Of a DNA stretch of 64,000 nt, positions 12,440 through 24,344 are shown one piece after another. The DNA is taken from positions 41,418,001 through 41,482,000 of the forward strand of contig CM052818.1 of assembly GCA_028534125.1 (NCBI GenBank). The letters are read 5' to 3'. Source of the DNA: Lama glama (taxonomy: Eukaryota). Below the pieces are notes generated by a model. That model was not told the DNA's origin. It saw nothing but the letters and a program-made list of their open reading frames with translations, and ran no database searches. Numbering within the stretch: position 1 is the first letter of the stretch; every line of letters starts with the position of its first letter. Position numbers and translations under genes: made by a program.

Positions 12440-13669
12440 GATGATGGTTTGTGGGAAAAGCAAGTGAGTCTAGCTGGACCCATGACGTACTCTCTCGCAG
12501 GCCCGCACTCCGTGTGTGCACAGCCCCCCACGGTGATTCCACACAGAAGAATCTGACAGGCGGGATTTCGCCCTGTCTGGGAGGGAGATGGGAAGAAACG
12601 GTGTGAAATCGCAGCTCTGGAGACGCGGGTTAGACGCGTAACCACTAGCCTGGCCATCACAGCGGCAGCGGTCAGAAGAGCAGTTTTATTCAAGTCACTT
12701 TCTAATAGGAGTTGAAACATCTTGAAAGGTGAGGTTTTCAAACTCTCTCTGGGGAGGCAACTGTTAAAAACACACGGCAGGCAGCGTTGCTTTCCACACA
12801 TTCAGAAACCACTTTTTGGAGACAATCCTTTTCTCCCTGGTACCACTTGGGATTGAAAACGCATTCAGCACAAACCACCCGAAGCGGAAACGGCGCTGGT
12901 TAAGAAACACTCCAGGCACGGCGGCCACCACAGGGAAGAGAATCGGACCAGGCTGGCACAGCGCAGCCACTCACAAGGAAAAGATGACAACAGGCAACAT
13001 GCTGACTGTCCTGGGGCCCAGGGGCCCCGAGTCAGCAGGGCTGTGGGGTGCAGCTTTGCCACAGCCTTTCCTGGAAGTCCCCCTGTGGGACTCCCTGTTT
13101 CTCAAGAACCAGATGACAAGACAGGACCTCCCTCTGTGCCTCCCTGGCCAGACCCCATCTGACTCACGAAGCCCTTTCATTAAAAGCCCAAGGGTTCAGA
13201 GCTAATTCTAGATTGTAGGACCCAGCCGGTCCTCAGGCCCTCGAAGTGCAAGCAGGATTACGAGGGTAATTTTGCCCTTCCTGGTCTATGAATGATGACT
13301 CACTTCACCAGAAATCTGACTGGCAGAATGCTGTAGCTGGAAGCCGCCTGAGCACCTGCCTCCCCCGCCCCAACTTCACTGATGCACGGGGGTTGTGGCC
13401 TGGGGGAGGGGCGGACTGCCCGGGGCCTGCTACAGAGTTTCTTTGATTCTCAGCCCAGTGCAGTTTTTTGAGTGCCCAGTGAATCTTCTGGTTCAGATCT
13501 CTAAACCATAAACTCCAGGGCTTGCTTGGAGCCCAGGAACAAGCTAGTTACAATCCAGACAGGCCTCGGGGCCACAGGATGGAAGGACAGCTACAGGGAA
13601 AGACATTTCAAACACGACCACTTGGTGAGAACCCGCTCCATCCTCGGCTCAAGCTGGCCCCTCCCATCC

Positions 13670-13800
13670 TCATCTCTCATTCATTCCTCACGTCCGTGAC
13701 CTGGCAGCATGGGTCTTATTATCCCCACAGTGAAGATGAGGGAAACCAGGCTAAGAGAAATAAAGACGTGCACTGACGTCCAAACAGACCTAGTGAAGGG
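13670..13800 (-). mobile_element. MIR fragment
   Basis: tcattcctcac...tattatcccca...gatgagggaaaccaggctaagaga. Confidence 0.7.
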
Positions 13801-14386
13801 TTTTGATTCTGATGCTCTTGCCTTAAACAAACTCTTTTTTTTAAAGTCCTAACATTCAAAACAACAATGCAATTTCTCCAGTAATGGCAAAATCATTTTG
13901 CTACATTATTAATAATCTCTTGAATTATCAGATTGCAAGCTTGACGTTTTTCACACTAATAATGGCCAGCAGTTCCAGGTGCGGTGCCAAGGGCCTGGGT
14001 CAGTGGAGACGAGAAATAAGATGGCCATCGTGATCTCCTCTTGGGGTCTGAATGCAGCCACACTCCTGAATGGCACACAGGACAGTCACAAAACCCTACC
14101 TGGTGGGTCGAACCCTTGTTCAGGGTGCATCCAGGCAGAGGGACAGCGATAAGGAAGAGGGGTCCCGCTGAGGCCCACCCTGCAACCTGTCACTAGCTTC
14201 TTGTATTTCTTCCTCTCTGGGGATGAAGATTCTGAGAACAAAGGACAGGTCCTCACCCATGCCATGAGCTCATAAGCTCCCAGAAAAGATAAATACATGA
14301 AACACCAATTAAAATACACAGTGTTTACCTTTCATTATTTGGCAGGGACAGGGTGAGGTTGCCAGGTTTATATTTTAAATCACATC

Positions 14387-14425
14387 TGTGTGTGTATGTG
14401 TGTGTGTGTGTGTACGTGTGTACAT
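14387..14425 (+). repeat. Imperfect (TG)n microsatellite
   Basis: Direct reading. Confidence 0.9.
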
Positions 14426-15110
14426 ATACTACTCTAGTGGTAGTGACTTCTCCATCCTGGCTGTCAACGATTTCATCTCTAAAATGGGAGAAACATGATG
14501 CGCACTTCATATCCCCAAAGTGTTACAAGAATAAAGTGAGATAATTAATAAAAGGATTAGTAAAGATTAAAAATAAGATGAGAAGCCTATATGAGGAATT
14601 ACCCCTGGCCTCTCTCCAGGCTAGATAATATGGAAATACGCATCTCAGAAGAATGAACTTGGGGGCAATCATGGCACAAAGAGCAAAGGAGACCATCACT
14701 GCCTGATGCTACACCTGGGAACAACCTGTCCCGGGATCCTATGTTCAGAACTCACTTTCCAATTCACGGGACGGCTGTAAAGAGGCAAAAAAACAAACAC
14801 CAAACATCCACCTTTCCTGTTTATCCAGTTAATGTTCCCAATTTCAAATTAAAGAATGATTCTCACACCCTGCTTAAATCCTAGGGAATACACAGGTGGG
14901 GAAAGCATATTTGCTGTTCAGATGGAATGGCGAGCTCTTTGCCATCAAGGGTGGGCAGAGAATGGCCCAGTGGATTTGTTTCTCCTGGGCCTCAGCCCTG
15001 GCTCTGGGATGTCTTTGACTCCTGCTGAAATCAGGCAAGACAAAGCGGAAGCAGGCTGCCAGCCCAAGTACCTGGAGTGTGGGGCCAGTGTCGCGGGATA
15101 AAAGCTTCCG

Positions 15111-15320
15111 TCAGAGGGGAATGTTTCCAACCGCTGCACAATTACCTTTATTAGCATAACATCTCATTGTGCATTTTGTAAAATGCTTTCCTTTTCCATT
15201 TCTGGAAGAATGCAAAACCAGAAATTGCTGCCACTGGGGGGAAAAAAGTCTATAAAATTTAAACCATGGGGCATTTGTTCCAGACTCCAGGGTAATGATG
15301 ACTCTTGATATATAATTCAT
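15111..15320 (-). other. Candidate uORF2, 69 aa (MNYISRVIITLE...)
   Basis: ATG in a good Kozak context (GCTGCCATGA, purine at -3). It stops 39 nt before the splice donor. No homology recognised. Confidence 0.35.
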
Positions 15321-15538
15321 GGCAGCCTGAAAGCTTGGCCTACTTCTGACTTAGAGATCATATATTTTGGAGAAGTCGGGTAGGGGGAAGGACAAAAATC
15401 ATTTACAAAGGGTTCTGCTGTACTTTGCCTTTTGAGTAAACCAGACGATATTTTGGACCACTCTTTTCCACCGGAAGGGCTTCCCTTAAAGAGCTTTTTT
15501 ATTTTTTTCTCTCTTAAATTGAAGAGGCAGCATATCAT
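15317..15538 (-). other. Candidate uORF1, 73 aa (MICCLFNLREKK...)
   Basis: ATG-initiated ORF from the ORF track, lying wholly inside the putative exon. Its TGA overlaps the ATG of the next ORF. No homology recognised. Confidence 0.3.
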
Positions 15539-15638
15539 CCAGTTTCAGTTTTATCTTCTGTAACACTAGATAAAAGACGAGGATGAACCCATCTGTTAAC
15601 ACATACAGGCTGCAAACTGTGTGAAAGCGCTCACAGCG

Positions 15639-15715
15639 CACACACCACACCACACACACACCACACCACACACCACCCCACACACACACCACCCCACACA
15701 CACACACACACACAC
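15639..15715 (+). repeat. Compound (CACAC)n/(CA)n tract just upstream of the putative long first exon
   Basis: Direct reading. Confidence 0.92.
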
Positions 15716-16699
15716 TCCTTGCAAAAAGGGAGAAAAAATCCACACTTTTAAGAAATTTATCATCAGCAATGCCACCCAATGCCGACGAGATAGCAGCACT
15801 TCTATCCTTTTAAGGGCAGATTCAGGAGGAAGCCAGCCTCCCCACCAAGGCTGCTCCCCCGACGCTGCCACATGCATTGGGATCCTGCGACTGGCTGCAG
15901 GCCAGGCCCCTCCCCCACAGCCCGCGGTTCCAACCTTCCCGAAATCAGTCATGAGCCCCCTGGGCCTTCACCTGCCACATCTCTGCCCACCCAAGCTGAT
16001 CCTGAAGGAGTCGCAGAGCAAAGAGAGGGTTTCCATCCTCTGGCACAAAGGCCATGCTCCCCGGGGCTGGGTTTTCTGGGGAAAATGAGCAGGCAGGCTG
16101 CCTGGACCCCATCTGGGTCACTTGGCATTTCCTAGGCACTGCCGGTTGGGGAGGCGCTGTGGATCCCTCCCCAGGCTTTGAGAACTGCTTTTGCTTAATT
16201 ACTGAAAACGCTGGATGCAATTGATCAGATCAGATGCAACTGATCAGAGCTGGGAGGCTGGAGATGACCTGCAGGGACCCTCACCAGAGCTCATGTGGCT
16301 CACATCGCCACCATTACCTCTTTCAAGTGGGCAGAGTGCGGGTGGAGAGTCCTGAAATGCAGAGTTCTTTTGTTTCCTACACACAGAAACGGTGTGAATC
16401 ACAGAGTTCCCAAAATAAACAAGCTTCATTTCATTAATGAGGTGAAGCTTGAGTGCTCCCAGTGCGGAAGAGGATGGGGGTGGAGGTGACAAGCATGGTC
16501 CACTGCATGTGAAGGGGCTTACGTGGCCTTCAGGGAGGGGCCCAGAGCCCCAGCTACGATCCACGCACCCTGCACTCTTGAGCACGGACTCCGCTTCTGC
16601 AGTGGCTCACGTCGCTCCCCCCTCCCCTCCCACTGCTGCTGCCCTAATTTAGGCCCTTATTATCTTTCAACTGGATGGTTTTGCACACGTGGCTGGCAA

Positions 16700-17230
16700 C
16701 TCTTCCCAAAGCGGCAGAGCTATCACTGCGTCACCCCACGGCTCCAAAGCCTTAAATGATTTCTCCATTGACCAAGAAATAAAGCCCAGCGTCTCATTTC
16801 TAATGCCCTCTTCACCTGGCCAAAAGTCTAGCCTCACCTTCTTTTTCTCCTTCCCAGGCCCCACCCTCCAGCTCTGTGTCACCTTTCTGGCTGTTACACC
16901 TGCAGGCCCCTGCTCTTCTGTTCCCCTCTGTCTAGAAGAGTCTTCTCTCTACTTAACTCTATAACTGCAAACCCTATTCATCCTTCAAGACCAAATTCAA
17001 AGGCCTATCCAACTATGGTCTTAATCTTGACCCCCAAGGAAAATTCCTGTCCTCTGAGCTCCCATAATTTTCCCATCTCAATCTCCTTCTTTTGCTATGA
17101 GATCCTATAAGCGCTGCCTTACTCCTCAGGCTGTAAGACAGATGAGGGCAGAGGAATCCCCAACTGACTTGGCAGATTTATTCCATCTAGATCAGTGTTG
17201 AGACATAGGAGGTGCTCATTCACGTTACAC
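16700..17230 (+). mobile_element. Degraded L2 3' region
   Basis: ctccaaagccttaaatgatttctccattg...gctcttctgttccctctgtctagaa...cctattcatccttcaagaccaaattcaaa...cataggaggtgctcatt. Confidence 0.6.
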
Positions 17231-17384
17231 AGGCACATCGTACACAGTGAGGATGGCTGCAAGATTGCAGACATGCAGCTAGTTCGTGGCGGCACAGCTA
17301 TCCAAAGACACCAGATGAGTGTGGTGTCATTAAAGGAGTGTACCGTATGCAGAGGAGGCAGGCTGCGTGGGCTGGGGTCAGAGG

Positions 17385-18230
17385 TGGATGACCCTAATGG
17401 CCTCCACGATGAGAAATCTAATGGTCAACTTTCATCTTTCCTAGACTGTCAGCAATTGTGCACAACTGAGTCATCATCCCTTCTAGAAAGCCTTAAAATA
17501 ACAGTCTTTTATTTTTCCTCCCACTTAATGTCTGCTCCTTCCCAGTCTCCTTGGCTGGTTCCTTCTCTCTCTTTCTTTTTTTTTTTAATCCCCAGAAGTC
17601 TTGACCTTGGCATTCCCTAGGACTCAGATCTTCAGTCTCTTCCCTATCAGGACTCATGCCTTTGGTGATCTCACCCGGTGTTATGGCTTTAATATCATCT
17701 CTATTTTGATACAAGTCTCAGATGCGTATTTCCAGCTTTCACCTCCCCCGGCTTGTGGTCACCACCGCCTGCTCAAAACCCACACTTGAAGTCTCAACTC
17801 AAACTTACCATGGCCCCAAACCGAACTCCCTATCTCTGCTCCCAATTCTGCTTCATCCACTTTCTTTCTCATCTCAGCTAATGACAATTCCATCCTTCCA
17901 GTTTCACAGGACAAGATTATTGAGTCATCTCAGCCTCCTCTTTATTTCACGTCCCACATCCAATCCTGCAGGAAATTCTTCTGGCCTTACCTTTCAGACA
18001 CATCCAGCACGGATCCAAACGTATGCCCTTTACTCTGCTTCATTTTTTCTCCATGCTCTTTTGACCTTCTAAGAAACTACAAGGCAATAAATATTACTTT
18101 ATTACCTTTTCCTATTATCACTAAAACTTTACTATCTGTTTTTTCTCACTAATGTGTCATATCCCCAGTGCCTAGAATTATGCATGGCACAAAGTAGGCA
18201 TTCAATAAATATTTGTCAAATGCACGAATT
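17385..18230 (+). mobile_element. L2 LINE (RT remnant plus 3' end)
   Basis: Decayed LDLSAAFDTVDH-like RT segment near 17440-17490, L2 body motifs, and 3' tail cctagaa...tggcacaaagtaggcattcaataaatatttgt. Confidence 0.85.
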
Positions 18231-20189
18231 ACTTCAGCGGCTTAACAATAGATAGCATTTAGCCCCAGAGGAAGGCAGCTGAATGGCCTCTGCAGGCAGA
18301 GACACAGAGAAGCAAGGGCCTGGAGAGAGAACCTTCTCCAACATCTGAGGGTGCAACAGTGTTGCAAAAGCCTGCCTGCATGATGCAAAACCACCCAAGA
18401 AGCAGACCTGAGTCGTTTCCAGCTGGTCCAGACCAGCCAAGGAAGTTTTCAAGGGACTTCAGTGGACAACTACTTTTGTTTTGTGTGAAAAATAAATACA
18501 ATCAAAGTGGAAATGAAACACGCAAAAGTTGGTAAATAAACGCCTAAACATCCCCTCTACAATTCTGTTTGCATTATACATTTCCCTACTTTTTTTCCCC
18601 TAAAATATTACAAAGACTTTAGCCCTAGTTCTTTTTTCTGTCCACAGTCACCCACAATCAGATACCCTGTAAGCAAGTGTTCAGAGCCAGGCCCGTGTCA
18701 GTCCCGCCCCCTGTCATACTTTCAGTGCCCACCCCGGCATAGTAACTGTTTCAGAATTATTTATTCAATGAATAAAAAATGAGTGAATGCCTTCTGATTG
18801 TCTCCTGCCAAGACCAGTTCCACGATGTAAAAATATATTCTGAGGAAGAACTCTCCACCAGAATTGTCCTCACGGCTGAAAAAATACATCAACCCTCACT
18901 CCCCCTGCCCCCCGGCACCTAAACAGCGCCTGGTTTCCAGCAGACATTCGAGCAGGATTTGATGGCTGAAAGTCAAGTTCATCTACACGCAGACCTGGAT
19001 GTGGGAAAGGGCGCTGAGGTACATCCCTCTTCTTTACCCTGAGCCAGCATCTCAGCATTTCTACTCTGCTGCTGGGATTCGATCCGGGGCAGAGAGTTAC
19101 CGTGGGGCAGAGTAGAGCACCCCGCTCAGTCATGGTGTCCACCTGGCCGTCCAGGGAGGTCACGACTGGGATCCGAAGGGCTCATCTCTAAAATCAGGCC
19201 TTTCAGTGGATGCGCTGAGTCACAGAAGCCTCAGCGTTTGCATCCACAGGAAAGGGAATTATCACACCGGTGGGCCACACGAGGACTGGGAAGACCCTTT
19301 GAAGACTGACCTCACCGAGTTCTAGCTTGGCTGATCACATCTTCTCCCGGCACGCCCTGCCGTGTCCCCAGGGAGACGTGCGACGTGCCACGTGCCACGT
19401 CCCCAGGGAGAGCGTGCTCTCCAAGATGCATCTGTCGAGCAGGCGTGGTGGCTTCTGTTGTTATCAGACGCTTCCTCTAGGCGTGTTTTCTTCACAGATG
19501 TCTGTGAAGATACTTGCCACTAACCGAACTCAGAAGCATGACTTGGGGCTTTCGGGCTCTGATCAGAGTCAGGAATGCATGGGGCTGGGGAAGTAACATC
19601 CTTGGAGGCCACACTTCGATAATCACATGGCAGATGAATCCAGCATCACTGTAAATGCTTTCTTCCACCTTTGGGGGGTCTTCAACTTGGAAAGGGGTCA
19701 ATTACTGCCATGGGAAATAAGAGAAAAGTAGGGCAGAAAAATAAAGCAGGATGTTCCCAGCCTTGCTGCCCACACACACACAGAGCCACGACCACGAAGC
19801 CTCCTGGAGGCCCGCGGCTGGCTGGATTTCCCCCATAAATGCAAGACTTATCAAGGAAACTGATTATTGGCAAAATGAAAAAGCACGAATTCCCATTTTC
19901 GTTGTGGCAGAAATCAGGGGAGAAAGGCTGAGGACAGGCAGAAGATTCTCGCATCTGAAAGTCATATTTCACTCGACTGCAGATGTTCTGGGGACAACTG
20001 GCAGGCGAGCAGGACACATCCATGAGAACCAACATTCTTTTCATTTTTTTCCCAACACGAGGGTAATTTGATGGCCACTAGCAAAAACCACACATCCTTA
20101 TGTCCCACATTTATTAGCCTCTAAATTAATGAACCCTGCCCCCTTCTTGGCTTGTATATTTATTCAACAGACATTAGTTAAGGGGAGCA

Positions 20190-20410
20190 GGGATGTATCC
20201 TGGGTGGTACAAAGGGGATGGGGTTTGGAGCCCAGAGATCTTGGCTTCAACTAAAACACTCTTGAATAGGGACCTCCCTCTAGAGTCTCAGTTTCCTCAT
20301 CTAGTGAAACAGAGCTCGCATGCCACGCCCACCTGGCAAGACTGTTGAAGGTCAAAGGAGCTCCTATATCACAGACCCACTGCAGCATCTGACACGCAGC
20401 AGGCCCTCAG
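20190..20410 (+). mobile_element. MIR SINE
   Basis: tttggagcccagaga...tctcagtttcctcatct core. Confidence 0.65.
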
Positions 20411-21454
20411 ACAGAGTTCAGAGTTCTGAACTGACTACCTATTAAGTAAAGGGCACTCTGCTACATGCATCACACGTAGTTCTAATTTCAAAGTGGTCAT
20501 GTTATTGGAAAGGGAGACGGAATGCCTTCACCTACGACTCTGACGTAAGGTAGAAAGCAGCCCAAGCGCGAAGACGTCACAAAGAAAATGTTCCTGAGGG
20601 TCACACAAGGCAGAGATGATTTACAGCCAGGGACACTTGGGAATGCTTCCGGGAAGAAGGGATACTTGACACAGGAGGATGCCACAGTTTATTTAAAAGG
20701 ATAGGGATGGATGATTATTTATTTAGACTTTAATACGTAGGAAAAGTCCAAGCCATTATGCTTGGCAGTTTGGAGGGTTTAAGAAAAGAAAGCGAAGATG
20801 ACAAAGACCCCGTGCCTAGGTAATTTATAGCCCAGTTGGGAAGTGGTCACGTGTGTATATACAGACACACACATGAGTCAGCTGTCCCTGACAATGTGTA
20901 ACAAATGGCCGATGAATAATTCAGAAACCTGGAGTGGCTACAATGGGAAGGCAGCCACACAGTGCAACCACAAGTGTGCAGGATGGTCTCAAGCAGTAAC
21001 CAGGAAGCTCTGTTTTTCCCGCCCTGGGTGTCAGTAAAACAGATCCGACCACGTGGTAAAGATGCGCTCATTTACACCCTTGGTCTGGGGGACGGCTGAG
21101 GGGGTCAGGGTGGCCAGGCCACAAGCAGCTTCACCCGTGTCCTCTGCGCACTGTACAAAGATGACCAGTTTCCATGTGGCCAGGACATAAGACATGTTGA
21201 AAATCCCTAGTCCAGACGATCTCAAAGGACCCTGCTTGTTTGGTCCACCCATGAAGCAGAGCTCGAGGCTGCCCTGAGAGCGGAGAGGGTTTGCACTGGC
21301 TGAACGCGGAGTCTGGGAGGTCCAGCGAAGCCGGTCCACGCAAGGGGCGCCCGGGCTCCGGGCACTGCCAGACGCAAGCAGGCACACGCAGGGCTGAAGC
21401 CTCCCTACTTCACGTTCTGGTTTCTGTAACTGTTATATTAGTAAAGGCGGTCTC

Positions 21455-21919
21455 TGTGAGGGTTAATACCGTGTGTCAGCGTGCTGGACTACGAGGTGCC
21501 CAGGTACCTGGTTGAACACTTTTCTGGGTGGGTGTGTCTGAGAGGCTGTTTCTGGGTGAGATGAACACCTGAAATACAGGCTGAGCAAAGCGGAGCTCCC
21601 CTCCCCGATGTGAGTGGGCCTGGCACAGTCCCTCCAAGGCCTGGAGAGAACGCAGGCTGAGCAAAGGGGAAGTCACGCTCTCTGTCTGACTGTCTCCAAG
21701 CCGGCATGTCACTTTCTCCTGCCTTCGGATTCGAACCATCTACTCCCCTGGTTCTCAGGCCTTTCGATACAAACTAAAGTTACACATCAGCTCTTCTGGG
21801 CCTCCAGCCTGCAGACTGCAGGTCTGGGACTCCTCAGAGATACATATGTCTGTATATCTGTCTGAACAAACGTATATGTCCTGTTGGTCCTGTTTCTCGG
21901 TAGAACCCACACTAATACA
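21455..21919 (+). mobile_element. MLT2 (ERVL) solo LTR, MLT2D-like
   Basis: TG...CA ends: tgtgagggttaat...gtgtcagc at the start and ctgttggtcctgtttctcggtagaacccacactaataca at the end. Confidence 0.88.
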
Positions 21920-22129
21920 TACCAGCTAACAGGGGATGCATTAACTTGCTCAAGAAATGAACTTACACCTAGTACAACCTGCTTTCCAAAAAGATGTCTG
22001 ACAGTCCTGAACTGTGTGAATGCAAATTAGGGGCTAGAAACCGAGCCTTCCTGTATCATCACAGTGGATATGGGGCAGACAGTGAATAAGTATATTCAAA
22101 TACTAAATAATCAACACATGTCTAAATTG

Positions 22130-22220
22130 TATTTTTTTTAATATAAGTAGAGTCAGTTTACAAGGTTGTGCCAGTTTCTGGTGTACAGCACAATAGCTCA
22201 GTCATACATTCACATACTTA
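22130..22220 (-). mobile_element. Very short artiodactyl/camelid-type L1 3' tail
   Basis: T-tract, then aagtagagtcagtttacaaggttgtgccagtttctggtgtacagca. Confidence 0.75.
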
Positions 22221-23149
22221 AATTTGAAGCCGGCCTGGGATATGCCCTGAAATCCAAAAGACCTGGTTGAAACACTGGTTTTGACATCTGTGAGCTGCCT
22301 GATTGCAGACACACGAGGACCTCAGTCTCTCACCTGTGCCACCGCTACCTGGGCCTCTTGCCAAGTTACTAAAGGGATAAAGGGATGAGACGCAGCTCGG
22401 AGCTTAGTGCACAGCAGGGGTTCAGTCACTGTCAACTTCCTGTCTCCCTGTGGAGAACCCATTCTACAAGGCTCTGAAGATACAGTCCGGCCTCCCCGTC
22501 GGCCCTTCCCTCTTCCGGCTTCATTTACTCCCCCAGACAGACTCTCCTCTTCGGTCTTTGATCAGCAAAGCATGCTGTCCTCGGGGTCACCCCCCTTCTC
22601 TTCCCCATGCCTGTACCATCCACGCTCTTCCAGCAGATGTGGACGTGCCTCCCCTCCGCCTCTTTCAGGGGTCTGCTCACCAGACTGCCTTCTCCGAACC
22701 ACCCACATAAACATGAACCTCTTTCCCCTCTCCTTCCTTTGCCAAGCTTTACTGAGGGGATGAGGTGCGGTCATCACAGTTCCACTGCCCCTGCCCACGC
22801 GCAGACATGCAAAGCCAAGCCGTCCAGTCTTGGGTAGAGGCTGACGACAGGGAGCGGGTGGGAGCAACTCACCCACTGGGGAGCCCGGGCGGGATGAACC
22901 CTGCATTCTCCTCCCTCTCCACGCCACTGCACGGCTGGGCAGAGGGCGCCCTCCCCCCCAGGGGATCACCTCTTCTGACCACTAGGACCAGCCTCACACA
23001 AACACTTTGAGCCACACAGGAAAGGTTTTCATAAATGCACCTTCTCGCCCACTTTGGCCCAAGCAGCTGGGGAGAGAAAGTGGCCTCAGAAAGCTTGGCC
23101 ACGGGACAGTCACAGGGACATTGTGCATCGTCTCACAACTGATCGCGAT

Positions 23150-23360
23150 CCTATGTGATGGCAAGAACACACGCTCTGAGTCAGTCTTTGGGGTTCAAGT
23201 CCTGGCCCCTCCATTTACTAGCTATTGTAACCTGGGCCAAGGGCTCAGATGAGAACCTGGGCCAAGGGCTCAGATGAGCCCCTGGGCCTTAGTTTCCTTG
23301 CCCATAAAATGGGCATAAATCATAAGGTATGATTTCTAGGACTGTGGTGAAGAGTAACAC
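23150..23360 (+). mobile_element. MIR SINE containing a perfect 25-bp tandem duplication (23229-23278)
   Basis: gggttcaagtcctggccc...ttactagct...ccttagtttccttgcccataaaatggg; aacctgggccaagggctcagatgag x2. Confidence 0.85.
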
Positions 23361-24344
23361 AGGTGGGAATCCCCCTGACCATCAGTGTCCTTGTGCCCTT
23401 GAATGACACACAGAACGCCTCCCCCAGTTAGTGCCAGCAGAGAGGGAAAGAGTTAAATGTAAATAAGACCTATATTTTCCCCATTGTTACTAAAACACAG
23501 CAGTCTCAATCAGCTGTTTTGTCTGGCTAAAACCTGTCCATGCTGGTGACGAAAGGGTTAGATGTTGCAGTGGATTTTGAAATTCCTGGACGCTCAGGAT
23601 GGCATTATTTAAATTAAAGACGTTAGAGAAACGGTACATCTCAATGGCAGAATAAAAAGAACAACATTCTATTATTTGTGAGCTCAAAATGCAGTTTACG
23701 CTGGCCTCTTGGGAGTGGTCTACTCAAGGTCTTAGGGGGAACAAGATGACGGTTTGCAAGGCCCCACAGAGGACGTTACACGCATAGGAGACGCCTCCTA
23801 CCAGGTGGGGCGCTCACCTGCACTGTGACCAGCACCTGGGGCCCCCGTCAGCCCTCTTGCCCGAGACTGGCTCTGAGCCTGTTTCCCGAGCCACATGTCA
23901 CACCTGGAGGCCCCACACCTTCCACAGGCTGGCCAGGCACGGCTTGACCTGGCCTTCAGAGAGACACAATCAGAGGCCCTGGACAAAGATGGACAACGTC
24001 CCTGTGACTGTCCCGTGTGCCTCAAAGGAGCATTGCTTTGGGAAGCTGCTGCCTGAGTCACCACCACAGCAGGGCAAGCCCCCTGACGGCCTAGGCTCAG
24101 GTACAGCAGGGACAAGGACCCTGGAGAATTTTTCAGTGTCTGCACTGGGTCAGGAGACTGTTTGGAACCGGAGCATGCCACATCCCTTCCTCCTCACCGT
24201 CCATGAAGTCCCATACCCCGGCCTCCATCCAAAGCCTCATTGCTACCTTTGCTCCCCCTTCTCAAAGACCAGTGACACTGCTGCTCTCTGCCTGCCACTC
24301 TTCCTTCTGTACCCGGGTTTGGTCAAGGCTGAAAACTAAAAAAG

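Larger units (their letters stand above)
15072..15628 (-). other. Putative long alternative non-coding first exon (5' UTR) with many uAUGs
   Basis: Repeat-free block that starts just after a (GT/GGT)-rich tract and ends at CTCCAG|GTACTT (intron G at 15071). It has 14 ATGs on the minus strand. The length matches my recollection of the PRICKLE2 major first exon. The 5' end is approximate. Confidence 0.55.

Noticed and set aside
12148..12801. 217-aa minus-strand ORF
   Set aside because: Non-ATG start; overlaps MER20 and an L2/MIR tail with a tandem duplication; no recognisable protein.
23798..23814. CTCF-like sequence ctaccaggtggggcgct
   Set aside because: Mismatches at key core positions; too weak to call without ChIP data.
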